Below, piece by piece: positions 20,901 to 27,700 of a stretch of DNA of 64,000 nt. Within the stretch, counting starts at the first letter, position 1. Each line of letters opens with the position of its first letter. This DNA comes from Thermoanaerobaculia bacterium. GTDB lineage: Bacteria; Acidobacteriota; Thermoanaerobaculia; Multivoradales; UBA5704. The notes below the pieces were generated by a model. That model was not told the DNA's origin. It ran no database searches and was given only the letters and a program-made list of their open reading frames with translations. The DNA is taken from contig JBJMHA010000044.1 of the NCBI GenBank assembly GCA_045807625.1, forward strand, positions 12,319 through 76,318. The letters are read 5' to 3'. The position numbers were made by a program, and so were the translations under genes.

Positions 20901-21303
20901 GGTAGGTGTTCATCCCCACGCCGGCGTAGACCCCGATGAGCCCGCGGTAGGCGGAGGGGTCGTAGCCTGCGTCTTCGAGGGTCTCCCAGGCGCACTCCAG
21001 AAACAGGCGTTGCTGCGGATCCGTGATCTCCGCCTCGCGGGGTGTAAGACCGAAGAAGGGAGCATCGAACAGCTCGATCCCGTCCAGGACGGCACACGCC
21101 TTGACGTAGCCCGGCTTCGCCAGGAGACGGGGATCGACTCCCGCTTCCCGGAGCTCCTCGTCGGTGAAGAAGGTGATGCTCTCGACTCCGCTCCGCAGGT
21201 TCTCCCAGAAGGTCCTAACCCCCGCCCCTCCGGGGAAACGGCCGGCCAAGCCGATCACGGCCACGGACGACTCGAGCCGCAGGTGCAGATCGGATTCGTG
21301 CAT
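8911..21303 (-). CDS. Hybrid PKS/NRPS: KS-AT-KR-ACP-C-A-T-C-A-T-C
   Basis: 4130-aa track ORF with ATG 21303 and TGA 8911-8913. It has KS (TACSTS), AT (GHSVG, HAFH), KR (TGGLGGIG, YCAANSF) and three carriers (GGDSLL, GGHSLL twice). It also has three C domains (HHIASDGWS, HHIVSDGWS, HHIAADGWS) and two A domains. Confidence 0.95.
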   Translation of the reverse strand: MHESDLHLRLESSVAVIGLAGRFPGGAGVRTFWENLRSGVESITFFTDEELREAGVDPRLLAKPGYVKACAVLDGIELFDAPFFGLTPREAEITDPQQRLFLECAWETLEDAGYDPSAYRGLIGVYAGVGMNTYLFNLYSNPAAMEAVGRFRTIHGNDKDYLAAWTAYKLDLRGPAVCVQTACSTSLVAIHLACQALLNGECDMALAGGVSFSAHQKAGYVYQEGGIHSPDGHCRPFDARAAGTVGGNGLGIVVLKRLKEALADGDQVHAVVRGTAINNDGAGKVGFTAPSVEGQAAVIVEALALAEVDPASVSYVETHGTGTALGDPIEIAALTEAFGPGEGGRCGIGSVKSNIGHLDTASGVAGFIKTVLALEQRLLPPTLHFERPNPNVDFAGGPFFVVDKLREWRTDGSPRRAGVSSFGIGGTNAHAVLEEAPAPPPPGPARPWHLLALSARTASTLETATANLSRFLEERPDVDLADVAHTLQVGRKAFQHRRIAVCSDARDAARTLAETGSRKVITRAEEPRHRPVAFLFPGQGAQHPGMALGLYREEPAFRDAVDRCCETLRAPLGFDLRAALFAQPEAGSADLLRETRLAQPALFVIEHALATLWMERGVRPEALLGHSVGEYVAACLAGVFTLDDALGLVAERGRLIQELPAGVMLAVGLPEEEVLPLLGDDLSLAAVNGPAACVVSGAGEAVAGLARRLGEAGIEHRSLHTSHAFHSRLMEPAMERFAAAVRRIPLSPPRIPFVSNLTGTWITAGEATDPGYWARHLRQTVRFSAGLATLATEPGRIFLEVGPGDSLSRLARRQGEAASGLLAVPSMRSPREEDEDLRVLLQALGSLWTAGVPVAWDRLHAGQGRRRLSLPTYPFERQRYWVDLKPSGARPARRMLEKRSDVADWLYLPAWRQAQAPPPADKAAGGSWLLFSEPDGPAAAVAERLRQRGEQVTEVFPGRGFSAGEERLTLDPRRSGDYTALFAELRRRGPLPDRIVHLWNLGAAGRTALADLATAETRAFYSLLFLAQALPRMAGRRTRLDIISSGLQRVVGDEEIEPARALLLGPVRVLPRERPDVVCRSLDLATGNESVELLVDELLAAGAEPLVALRGGRRWVQAFEAVRPSGAGWNLRDEGVYLITGGLGGIGLTLAGELARRIRARLVLVSRSGPADEGALRAIRSLEELGAEVLALAADVADPGAMADCLHRAEERFGPIAGVVHAAGVPGGGLIELKDESGAAAVLAPKVRGTLVLDALLGPRPLDFFVLCSSLTAVTGGVGEVDYCAANSFLDAFAQSRASYGRTPVVALAWSAWAEVGMAARTEIPFESPEQRRRRLARAILPAEGIEALGGALALGAAQVVVSPQDLETVIELAETTDDLAQRLAQGDAAASAASHQRPDLPQAYVAPRDELEREIASVWQEVLGLERVGVHDAFAELGGDSLLGIRVLSRLRERLAIEIPLRLLFERPTPAELAPAVHGLRLASRSTEADGGELAPPPLVRVVRDAAGLPLSYGQQRLWFLDRLQPGNPAYHLVNFFRLEGRLHVPVLALSLREIVRRHEVLRTVFRTVDGEPRQVVLAAAEVPFPLMDLSALPPALRQGEARRLASREVVRPFDLESGAPLRAVLLRLEEEVHHLFLAVHHIASDGWSAGVLAQETVALYSAFLQGEPSPLPELPVQYADFAVWQRAWLRDSVLDRQLAYWCRQLAGVPPALDLPTDRPRPAVQSSRGDTRTFAWSPAVAADLQQLGREQGATTFMVLLAIFQAFLYRYTHSEDLSIGCPVANRNRTETENLIGFFVNTLVLRTDLSGAPPFRDLLARARETVLQAQAHQDMPFEKLVEELPERNLARSPLFQVMLVLQTPTRTVFELPGVRLLGIPAQMTAAQFDLTLFFQESAGSLRGTAQYSTDLFDAVTVDRFLGSLARIAEAVAADPGLRLPEIPLLSPAERHQMTAEWNDVAVGIAATPMVRSFELQAAHHPQSVAVIDDDGILTYGDLNRQANRLARHLAVSGVGDDRLVALLADRGRAFLVAILAVFKAGGAYLPLDPHHPPSRWRQILTGSGAGWALAGAGHAPRLAAALAELQEDQRAVLLPLELATVDGDDDANPPSRTWPESLAYVIYTSGSTGTPKGAMVEHRGMLNHLRAKVTELGLNDRDLIAQTASQCFDISVWEFLAALLVGGRVRIFPDETARDPERLLAAVDREGVTILETVPSLLRVMLDGIERREDDRPALRALRWLSPTGEALPAALCRRWLGLYPHVPLLNAYGPTECSDNVSHWVVSHPPDDVDSVAPIGRTMDNFRLYLLDAALALVPVGVPGELFVSGIGVGRGYLKDSAKTAEAFIPDPFATEPGGRLYRTGDRVAWRADGTLQFLGRLDHQVKVRGFRIELGEVEVALARLAGVHAAVVTAQEVAGEKRLVGYVVPADGAELSASDLRAGLREVLPEYEVPAHFVFLDTLPLNSSGKIDRRALPAPNLSEALSPGGHAALRTPAEELLAALWSDLLKVERVGAGDGFFELGGHSLLAARLVSRVRAAFGVEMPLRWIFETPVLSDLAPRIQEARSAQAGLAVPPIRRIPRTGREVLSFAQERLWFLDQLEPGLPVYNIDSALRLRGPLELAALERSVDELVRRHEALRTVFENEQGRPYQRILPELRLVLPLVDLSALPETARETVAGRLAAAEVARPFALDRAPLLRTLLLRLGPAEHVIVLTLHHIVSDGWSMDVLVRELVTLYQAFVRNQPSPLPELSVQYADFAAWQKEWLRGPVLEAHLAYWREQLAGAPHVLELPADRPRPAALSFRGASRRIVLPARLTATLAALGREQGTTLFMTLLSALYVLLFRSTGQADLLVGTPIANRGCAELEPLIGFFANTLVLRGRLAGTDRFTDMLARVREAALGAYTYQDFPFEKIVAEIQPERDLASSPLFQVLFVLQNAGTGGVELGDLSFSPFLGGEHVPAKLDLALAVTEMADGRLATRFDYSTDLFDAPTVGRLAEHWANLLEAAAADPQALLADLRALSRAEIWQLAGEWSAAPQAGYDGGDVVSLIEAQAARDPDAVALVCGGDRLTYGDLVARTEHLARRLVALGVRTEARVGLCMERSPEMIVGLLGVLKAGGAYVPLDPAYPAERLAILLDDSGIELLLTQPSLLQALPATGRPVRRICFGELASSAPGDLTRGGIDPAQAAYVIYTSGSTGRPKGVVAHHGGLARYTSALARVAGLGAGDRVLQFLSISFDAAAEQIYPTLASGASLVLHPAPGRLSPAELLVFCAEQRVTVVEVPMELMRQLFRELDRGFAPRPPVRVWITGGESLGSDLLEQWRAVADDGGLFLSCYGPTETTITATVFPLVAGRPAAFPSTGASIGRPLGGAEAFVLDASLRPVPAGVPGDLYLGGSGVTRGYLDRPGSTASAFLPHPLSSLGGRGTGQRLYRTGDLARWRPDGSLEFLRRADQQVKIRTHRIELGEIESHLAHHPAVGQAVVDVREVRPGDRRLVAWVVPAGTTPVEPALGRELRGFLRGSLPGYMVPSHVLFLDRLPLTPSGKVDRRALPGPDRTGPEQGDVPLAPHGEVEGTLAAIWSQLLGTEGVGRDDDFFDRGGHSLLAIQLVSRLRDAFGLDLPLRLIFERPRLLEMAAAIEAHRQGGAAGAVERIPRRPDGAAAPLSDAQQRLWFLHQLEPGSGAYNLPLALRLTGRLDVEALRWSLGEVVARHEVLRTRFEALADEAVQVAVPDGEWPLPVVDLAALAADARDGEVLRLASEVGLRPFDLGRGPLARTCLLRETGDSHVLLMALHHIAADGWSLGVLVREATTLYGARRQGAPSPLPELEIQYGDFAAWQRERMQGEALRGQLAYWRAQLGALPPLVELPSDRPRPDRPTHRGRHRSFRLSAEETAELRQLCRSEGVTFFMLLLAVLSLLIHRYTAQDDVVVGADMAGRSQGQTEGLIGFFINMLVMRMDLAGDPTFRELLRRCREVVLGAFAHQDVSYDRLVRELRPDQGSQRPLFQVVLNFNNAPRHSVEGTPLESLGLSLSEVPAAEELVRFDLMLIVLEDGAGLSGSWMYSTDLFEPSRIETLHGRFEALLRRLLERPDARLSSLVTDGDETARRRERDASKLQEFLKTKTIVARV
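9010..10340 (-). other. Terminal condensation (C) domain (acceptor module lies on the next NRPS, 604..7794)
   Basis: PLSDAQQRLWFLHQLEP; HHIAADGWS (codons 9901-9921). Only a ~30-aa tail follows. Confidence 0.85.
10390..10600 (-). other. Peptidyl carrier (T) domain
   Basis: DFFDRGGHSLL; Ser codon at 10495-10497. Confidence 0.9.
10650..12180 (-). other. Adenylation domain, hand-read code DAEEIGCITK (unassigned; two acidic pocket residues suggest a cationic substrate)
   Basis: Cores AAYVIYTSGSTGRPKG (~11695-11745), SFDAAAEQ, VTVVEVP, WITGGESL, SCYGPTETTIT and LPLTPSGKVDR. Confidence 0.6.
12240..13580 (-). other. Condensation (C) domain, canonical
   Basis: LSFAQERLWFLDQLEP; HHIVSDGWS (codons 13138-13158). 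Confidence 0.85.
13630..13840 (-). other. Peptidyl carrier (T) domain
   Basis: GFFELGGHSLL; Ser codon at 13732-13734. Confidence 0.9.
13890..15420 (-). other. Adenylation domain, hand-read code DIWESTADNK (tentatively 2,4-diaminobutyrate-like)
   Basis: Cores LAYVIYTSGSTGTPKG (~14907-14960), QCFDISVWE, TILETVPS, LSPTGEAL, NAYGPTECSDNV and LPLNSSGKIDR. It resembles the DIWELTADDK-type code I recall for the Dab module of PvdL; this is from memory and needs checking. Confidence 0.5.
15475..16800 (-). other. Condensation (C) domain accepting the ACP-bound polyketide-extended chain
   Basis: LPLSYGQQRLWFLDRLQP; HHIASDGWS (codons 16360-16380). Confidence 0.85.
16880..17090 (-). other. Acyl carrier (ACP) domain
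   Basis: AFAELGGDSLL; Ser codon at 16978-16980. Confidence 0.9.
17348..18535 (-). other. Ketoreductase (KR) domain including the structural subdomain
   Basis: Rossmann VYLITGGLGGIGL (~17856-17900), catalytic Tyr in VDYCAANSFLD (codon 17455-17457), and it ends WSAWAEVGMA. Confidence 0.85.
18830..19720 (-). other. Acyltransferase (AT) domain, malonyl-type
   Basis: FLFPGQGAQ; GHSVG with Ser codon at 19423-19425; HAFH motif at codons 19126-19137 (malonyl signature rather than YASH). Confidence 0.85.
20005..21265 (-). other. Ketosynthase (KS) domain
   Basis: VAVIGLAGRFPG; active-site Cys in TACSTS at codon 20755-20757; HGTGT; NIGHLDTASG; GGTNAH. Confidence 0.9.
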
Positions 21304-21320
21304 GCCCGTCCCTTCGACCC

Positions 21321-24300
21321 TCAGCTCGACCGCCGCCGTTGGCGGATCTCGCGCTGCCGCTGCGCGTCGGAGGCACGACCGCCGCGGCGGTCCGGTTCAG
21401 GACGTGCGGGGACCGCGGCCCCGTCCGAGAGCCGCTGGGCCAAGGCTCCGACCGTGGGATAGCGGAACAGGTCGGTGATCGGCACCTTGACCCCGAGGGC
21501 CTGCATCTTCTTGTAGACCTGGAGCAGGAGGAGCGAATCGCCGCCGAGCTCGAAAAAGCTGTCGCTGACTCCCACCCGTTCCAGGCGCAGAACCTCGCGC
21601 CAGACCGCGGCGAGCCGCTGCTCCATCTCCGACCTGGGCGCGAGGTAGCTCTGGTCGATCTCGCGGCGGCCTTCGTCGGGCGCGGGGAGACGGGCGCGAT
21701 CCACCTTGCCGTTGCTCGTCAGAGGGAGCTCCGGCAGCGGGACGACGACGGCGGGAACCATGTAGTCGGGCAGGCGCAGGCGCAGGAAGCTCCGTACCTC
21801 TGCGGGCTTCAGCCCTGGGTCGTTGGGGACGACATAGGCGACCAGCCGCCGTTCGCCGGGGCCGTCCTGGCGCGCCATGACCACGGCCTCGCGAATCCCG
21901 GCATGGTCCTCCAGACAGGACTCGACCTCTCCCGGCTCGATCCGGTAGCCGCGGATCTTGACTTGGTCGTCGTTGCGCCCGAGAAACTCCAGGGTGCCAT
22001 CGGGGAGGTGGCGGGCCAGATCGCCGGTGCGGTAGAGGCGTCCTCCCGGTTCGGTGCCGAAAGGATCGGGCACGAAGCGCCCGGCCGTCAGCTCCGGCCG
22101 GCGATGGTAGCCACGCGCCACTCCGTCGCCTCCGATGTAGAGCTCCCCCGGCGAGCCGACGGGAACGAGATGGAGGTCGCGGCCCAGGATATAGACCCGG
22201 GTGTTGGCGATCGGACGGCCGATCGCCACGGAGCCGGCCGCGGGAGTGCCGGGCGAAACCTCGTGGACCGTGCAGCCCACCACCGTTTCCGTGGGGCCAT
22301 ACTCGTTGAAGAGCCTGGTGTTCGGGGCGTGGCGGCGCCAGGGGGCGAGCGTCTCCGCACGCAGGGCCTCGCCGCCGATGACCAGGATCCGTGCGGCGTC
22401 CGCCAACTGTCCGGCGGGGATCTGCGCGTCGAGAAGCGCCACGTGGGCGGGCGTGAGCTTGACCAGGCGATCCCCACCCGGCTCCTGGAGTAAGCGGCCC
22501 AGCGCATCCCCCGAGGCCTTCTCGGGCAGCAGGGCCACCGTGCCACCGGACAGCAGGGGCGCGAAGAGGCTCGTGAGGGTGAGGTCGAAGGCGAGCGAGG
22601 AGTGCACGGGAGCGCTCCAGCCCGCCTGGATACCGTAGGCCCCGATGCACCAGGAGAGATAGTTCACCAGTCCCCGGTGGGGGACCATGACCCCTTTCGG
22701 CGTGCCGGTCGATCCGGAGGTGTACATCACATAGGCCAGGTTCTCCGGATCTGTGACGGGCGGGGAGTCGTCCTTCCGTTCACCGGCGAGCGCGGGCAGA
22801 AGCTCATCAAGGAGCAGCGTCTCGAGGCCGTCCGGGGCCGGCCCTGCGACCCGCCGGCTCGTGGTGAGCACCCGGGAGGCGCCGGATTCCCCGAGGACGA
22901 GGAGATGGCGCTGGCGGGGATATCCGGGATCCAGGGAGACGTAGGCGCCTCCCGCCTTGAGAACGGCGAGGATCGCGATCACCATCTCGGGAGACCGTTC
23001 GAGCAGCAGGCCCACCCGGTCCTCGGGCTGTATTCCCGTCCGGCGGAGATGGCGCGCGAGCCGGTTGGCCCATGCGTTCAGCTCACCGTACGTCAGGCGC
23101 CGCTCTCCGGCGGTGATCGCCAGGCTCTCCGGCGACCGGGCGGCCTGCCGCTCGAACAGCTCGTGAACGCAGCGGTCGCGCTCATAGCCGGATCCCGTCT
23201 CGTTCCACTGGACAGCCACCTGGTGCCGCTCGGTATCCGAGAGGAGGCTGCGGGCGTCGTGACGCTCCTCCGGGCTCTCCAGCATCGCGTCGAGCGCCCG
23301 CAGGATGTAGCCGCAGAGGGCGTGCACCTGTTCGGTCCCGATCTCGCGGGTGTCGAACTCCGGAAAGAGACGCAGCCTGCCGAGCGAGACGGCGCTGCTC
23401 TCGAAAGTCACCAGCAGCTTGTAGTGGGTCACCGAGTAGTCGCTGTGCCCACCCCGGGCAGGCACGACCTTGCCCTGCTCCACGGCAGCACCGATGGCAT
23501 GGAAGTGCAGGTAGCTGAACGCCGTCTCGAAGAGCACGCCCGGGCCCCAGCGGCGCTGCACCGCGGGAATGGGGTACTGGCGGTAGGGCAGCATCTCGAC
23601 CTCAGCGGCGAAGGTGCTCCGGATGAGGTCGAGCCAGGAGCCCGCGGGGAGCTCGAAGCGCAGGGGGAGGGTGTTCAGGAACAGGCCCCGCACCTGGTCC
23701 CCGTCCAGTGTGTCCGGACGCCCGTGGAAGACCAGGCCGGTCAGCAGGTCGCGCTGGCCGGACAGCAGGCTCAGCACCTTGAGATAGGAAGCGAGCAAAA
23801 CGCTCTTCAGCGGCACGCCGACCTCGCGGGCCAGCCCTTGCAGGCGCTCGACCTTCTCCCGCGGGACAGGGTAGTAGATCTTGCTGTCCCGCGGCGCCGC
23901 GCCGCGGAATTCCTCCGGCCAGCGCGGCAGGGTCAGCACCGAGCAACCGGCGAGCTTGCCCTCCCAGAACGCCCGCGCCTCCGCCGACTCCAGCATCTTT
24001 CTCTCCATGAAGATGAAGTGGCGGTAGCTGGTCGCGGGCGGTGGCTGCTCCAGAGGCGTCTCGCCTCGCAGGAATGCCGAGTAGAGGAACGCGATCTCCG
24101 ACAGGGTGCTCATCGTGCTCCAGCCATCGGAGATCGGATGGGGCTCGGTGAGGGTGAACTGGAATCTCTCCTCGCTGCGCCGGTGGACGGTGAAGTGCAC
24201 CAGGGGCGGCCTGGCCAGATCCACGAGGGTCCGGTTCTCCTGCTCGATGAACTCCTCGATGACCCGCTCCTGGGTCTCCGGCGCGAGGCCGCGGAGATCG

Positions 24301-24740
24301 AGCACGGGGATCGCGAGCGAGGCCTGCCGGTGCACCAGTTGGAGGGGCTCGCTGTAGGTGGTGAGGTCGAAGGACGTCCTCAGCACGGCGTGGCGGCGCA
24401 CGACCTGGTCCACGGCCCGTTGCAGGAGCGCCTGCGCGAACGGGAGCGACAGGTGCCAGCTGTTGACGTTGTGGTAGGCCGGCGTCGGCTGATCCGGCGT
24501 CAGCTCCATGTGGTAGAGCATCCCGAGCTGCACCATGGACAGCGGGAACGCGTCTTCCAGCCCCGGCGGCAGCTTGGCGCGGTCTTCCTCCGCGATCATG
24601 CAGAAGGGCGGCACCTCAGGGACGGCCGGTCCGGCGGCCGGCTGAACCGGCGCGGCCTTGCGGCGCTTCTCCAGCATCAGCTCCAGCAGCCGCTGGCGCT
24701 CCGGAGACAGCGAGGAGGCTCGATCCAGGGCGCCGCTCAT
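21321..24740 (-). CDS. NRPS, one module: divergent C - A(Asx, Asn-like code) - T
   Basis: The track ORF is 21321..24902. I place the start at ATG 24740 (MSGALDRASSLSPERQRLL..) because it forms an ATGA overlap with the upstream stop (24737-24739) and the extra 54 aa are Arg/Gly junk. Motifs seen are PHPISDGWS, LAYVMYTSGSTGTPKG and FFELGGDSLL. Confidence 0.9.
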   Translation of the reverse strand: MSGALDRASSLSPERQRLLELMLEKRRKAAPVQPAAGPAVPEVPPFCMIAEEDRAKLPPGLEDAFPLSMVQLGMLYHMELTPDQPTPAYHNVNSWHLSLPFAQALLQRAVDQVVRRHAVLRTSFDLTTYSEPLQLVHRQASLAIPVLDLRGLAPETQERVIEEFIEQENRTLVDLARPPLVHFTVHRRSEERFQFTLTEPHPISDGWSTMSTLSEIAFLYSAFLRGETPLEQPPPATSYRHFIFMERKMLESAEARAFWEGKLAGCSVLTLPRWPEEFRGAAPRDSKIYYPVPREKVERLQGLAREVGVPLKSVLLASYLKVLSLLSGQRDLLTGLVFHGRPDTLDGDQVRGLFLNTLPLRFELPAGSWLDLIRSTFAAEVEMLPYRQYPIPAVQRRWGPGVLFETAFSYLHFHAIGAAVEQGKVVPARGGHSDYSVTHYKLLVTFESSAVSLGRLRLFPEFDTREIGTEQVHALCGYILRALDAMLESPEERHDARSLLSDTERHQVAVQWNETGSGYERDRCVHELFERQAARSPESLAITAGERRLTYGELNAWANRLARHLRRTGIQPEDRVGLLLERSPEMVIAILAVLKAGGAYVSLDPGYPRQRHLLVLGESGASRVLTTSRRVAGPAPDGLETLLLDELLPALAGERKDDSPPVTDPENLAYVMYTSGSTGTPKGVMVPHRGLVNYLSWCIGAYGIQAGWSAPVHSSLAFDLTLTSLFAPLLSGGTVALLPEKASGDALGRLLQEPGGDRLVKLTPAHVALLDAQIPAGQLADAARILVIGGEALRAETLAPWRRHAPNTRLFNEYGPTETVVGCTVHEVSPGTPAAGSVAIGRPIANTRVYILGRDLHLVPVGSPGELYIGGDGVARGYHRRPELTAGRFVPDPFGTEPGGRLYRTGDLARHLPDGTLEFLGRNDDQVKIRGYRIEPGEVESCLEDHAGIREAVVMARQDGPGERRLVAYVVPNDPGLKPAEVRSFLRLRLPDYMVPAVVVPLPELPLTSNGKVDRARLPAPDEGRREIDQSYLAPRSEMEQRLAAVWREVLRLERVGVSDSFFELGGDSLLLLQVYKKMQALGVKVPITDLFRYPTVGALAQRLSDGAAVPARPEPDRRGGRASDAQRQREIRQRRRSS
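21430..21640 (-). other. Peptidyl carrier (T) domain
   Basis: SFFELGGDSLL; Ser codon at 21534-21536. Confidence 0.9.
21695..23190 (-). other. Adenylation domain, hand-read code DLTKVGEVGK (Asp/Asn family, Asn-like)
   Basis: Cores TSGSTGTPKG (~22683-22740), LAFDLTLTS, LVKLTPAH, LVIGGEAL, NEYGPTETVVG and LPLTSNGKVDR. It differs at one position from the canonical Asn code DLTKLGEVGK. Confidence 0.6.
23220..24565 (-). other. Divergent condensation domain (first His of HHxxxDG replaced: PHPISDG)
   Basis: It starts EDAFPLSMVQLGMLYH (the DCL-like N-terminal motif type). The motif TEPHPISDGWS is at codons 24123-24143. A ~60-aa N-terminal extension precedes it. Confidence 0.75.
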
Positions 24741-27700
24741 CCAGCGCTCTCCTGTCCGGAGAGAGCGGCGGATGCCGCCTGCAGCCTGGCCGCGACCTCC
24801 TCGTCGGAGAGTCCTTCGAGCTCTGCGAGCAACCCTTCCAGGTCTTCGGCGGCCGTCTCCTCCCTCCCGTGCGGTGGAGACATGGTCCGCAGCAGGTCGC
24901 ACAGATCCGCGATCCGGTGTCGCTGGTACAACTGCTGGACCGTGAACTCGAAGCCCCTTTCCTTGGCCAGGGCTACCAGTCGCACACTGCGGATCGAGTC
25001 ACCACCGAGAGCGAAGAAGCTGTCGAGCACTCCGACCCGGTCGACCCCCAGCACCTCGGACCAGAGCTCGGCTAGGACGCTCTCCTCGGGTGTCCGGGGA
25101 GCCACGTAGTTGGTCTGCAGCACCGGCCGCTCGGTGCTGGGCGCGGGCAGGGCCTTGCGGTCCACCTTGCCGTTGGCGGTCAGGGGGAAGGCGTCCATGG
25201 GCACGAAGTGCGCCGGAATCATGAAGTCGGGGAGGCGCTCGGCCAGAAACCGGCGGAGGTCGTCGACGCCGGCACTGCCGCCGGTCACGATGTAGGCGAC
25301 GAGACGCCGTTCGCCGCGCTCATCCTCGCGCGCCAGCACGGCCGCCTCCCGTACCGCCGGATGGCCCGCCAGGACGCTCTCGATCTCGCCGAGCTCGATG
25401 CGGAAACCTCGCACCTTCACCTGCTGATCGTTGCGGCCGAGGTATTCCAGGTTGCCGTCCGCCAGGTACCGGACGACGTCGCCCGTTTTGTAGAGTCGCC
25501 CGCCGGGCACCGGCGCGAACGGATCGGGCACGAAGCGCTCGGCGGTGAGCTCGGGCCGCGACAGGTACCCGCGGGCCAGGCCCTCGCCGCCGATGTACAG
25601 CTCGCCGGACATGCCGAACGGCACCGGCCGCGAACGCTCGTCGAGAACGAACAGCCGCGTGTTCGCGATCGGCCGGCCGATCGGTACAGGACCGGCCGGA
25701 AGCGTGCCGGCGGGCACTTCGTAAACGCAACAGCCGACCACCGTTTCGGTGGGCCCATACTCGTTGATCAGGCGGATCTCCGGCGCGACCTGCCGCCACC
25801 AAGCGAGCCCCTCGCCGAACAGAGCCTCCCCGCCGAGCACGAGCGTCCTGGTCCCGACTGCGGCTCCGGCCGCGGCGAGATTGTGCCGCAGCAGCTCGAG
25901 GTGCGCGGGCGTGAGCTTGACCAAGCTGTAGTCCTCGCCGCCGCCGATCGCCCCGGCCAGCCGGGACAGGTCGCCATCGTCAGGGATCAGCCGTACCCGG
26001 CGCCCGGTCGCCAGGGGAGAGAAGAGGCTCGTCACCGTCAGGTCGAAGCCGAGGGGAGAGTGGACCGGCGCTCCCTGGCCCGCCGCGACCGCGTAGGCTT
26101 CCGCGCACCAGGAGAGGTAGTTCACGACGCTCCGGTGGGGCACCATCACCCCCTTGGGCCGGCCGGTCGAGCCCGAGGTGTAGATGACGTAGGCCAGGTG
26201 GTCCTCGCCGGCGCTCGCCGCCAGGTTGTCTGCGCTGCGCTGCGCGACCGCGGACCAGTCGGCATCGAGACGGAGGACCGGGACGTCGCCCGCGGGTAGG
26301 GACGCGGCCAGCGTCTCCTGCGTCAGGAGGACAGACGGACGGGCGTCTTCGACGATGAGCGCCAGCCGTTCCCGCGGATAGGTGGGATCCAGGGGCAGGT
26401 AGGCGGCCCCGCTCTTCAAGACCCCGAGCGCCCCGATCACCATCTCGGGAGTACGGTCGAGATACAGCCCGATCAGGCTCTCCGGGCCCACCCCGCGGCT
26501 GCGCAATTCGTGGGCGAGCTGATTGGCCTTCCGGTTCAGCTCGGCGTACGTTAGCCGCGCTCCGTCGGCCTCCACCGCGACGGCTGCGGGGGAGAGATCG
26601 GCCTGGCGCTCGAAGAGACGATGCACGGCGTTCGCGCCCTCCGCCCGGCCAGCGCGCGTATCGTTGAGCGTCACCACCAACTCGTGCTCTTCCTCCGTGC
26701 CCAGGATCCGCAAGTCGGCGATCGGAGCGCCGGGAGCGTCGAGCGCACTGGCGACGATTTCACGGAAGCGGAAGGCGAACGCCTGGAACGCCCTCTCCGG
26801 GAACAGTCCTTCGAGAGATTCGACACGGATGGTCAGCGCGCCATCCCGGGCGATGCACGTCAGCTTCAGGCGGCAGGGCGCGAGCGGTCCCCGCAGATCC
26901 GCGAGAGAGAGCTCCAGCTCCCGGGCTGCGCGAGCGGAGGGCCAGGGGAGGAGCTCGAAGCCGGGGGACCAGTCGCGGACCGGCGCCATGGGCTCCCAGT
27001 GCTCCTCCGGCACGAAGGAATCCTGCCCTTCGACCGTTTCGCGAACCTGCTCGTCCAGGCGGGCCACCGCTTCGGCGAAGGAGGTCGCCGTGGTGAAACG
27101 GCCCTGCACGGGGAGGGCGCTGGCGAAAGGACCCACCGAAGCGCGTAGCGGCTCGTACTTCCTGCCATCGCAGACCAGGGCGATCGCGGGCGGCGCGCTG
27201 CCCCCTCCCAGACGCGTGAGCAGGACGGTCCAGGCGGCGAGCAGGAAGGATTCCACCCCGAGCCCCGACGCTTCGATCCGGGCCGCCGTGTCGGAAGGGA
27301 GCGGCAGCTCGAAAGTGTGGACTGCCGCCGCTTCCGAGGGGCCGGTCATCGCCTCCAGGGGGAGGACGGTCCGGGATGAGGCGCCCTGGCCCTGCCAGCG
27401 TTGCTTCGCCTCCGCGGCATCCTCCGATTCGAGCAGCTCGTGCTGCCATTCCGAGAACTGGAGATACTGCACGATCTCCTCTTCACTCTCCTTCTCCGGG
27501 TGGTCGATCAACTCGGCCAGGTCGCCCAACAGGTTGCCGAAGCTCGCGGCGTCGGCCGTGAGGGCGGAGCAGGAGAGGGCGAGGACGTGCTCCCGCTCGT
27601 CCAGGCGGAACAGCGTCGCGTCGATCAACGGGCCGCGCTCGAGGTCGCAGGCGGGTTCCGGCAGGTCCGCAGACCACGGGCCCTCGATCTCTCGCCAGTT

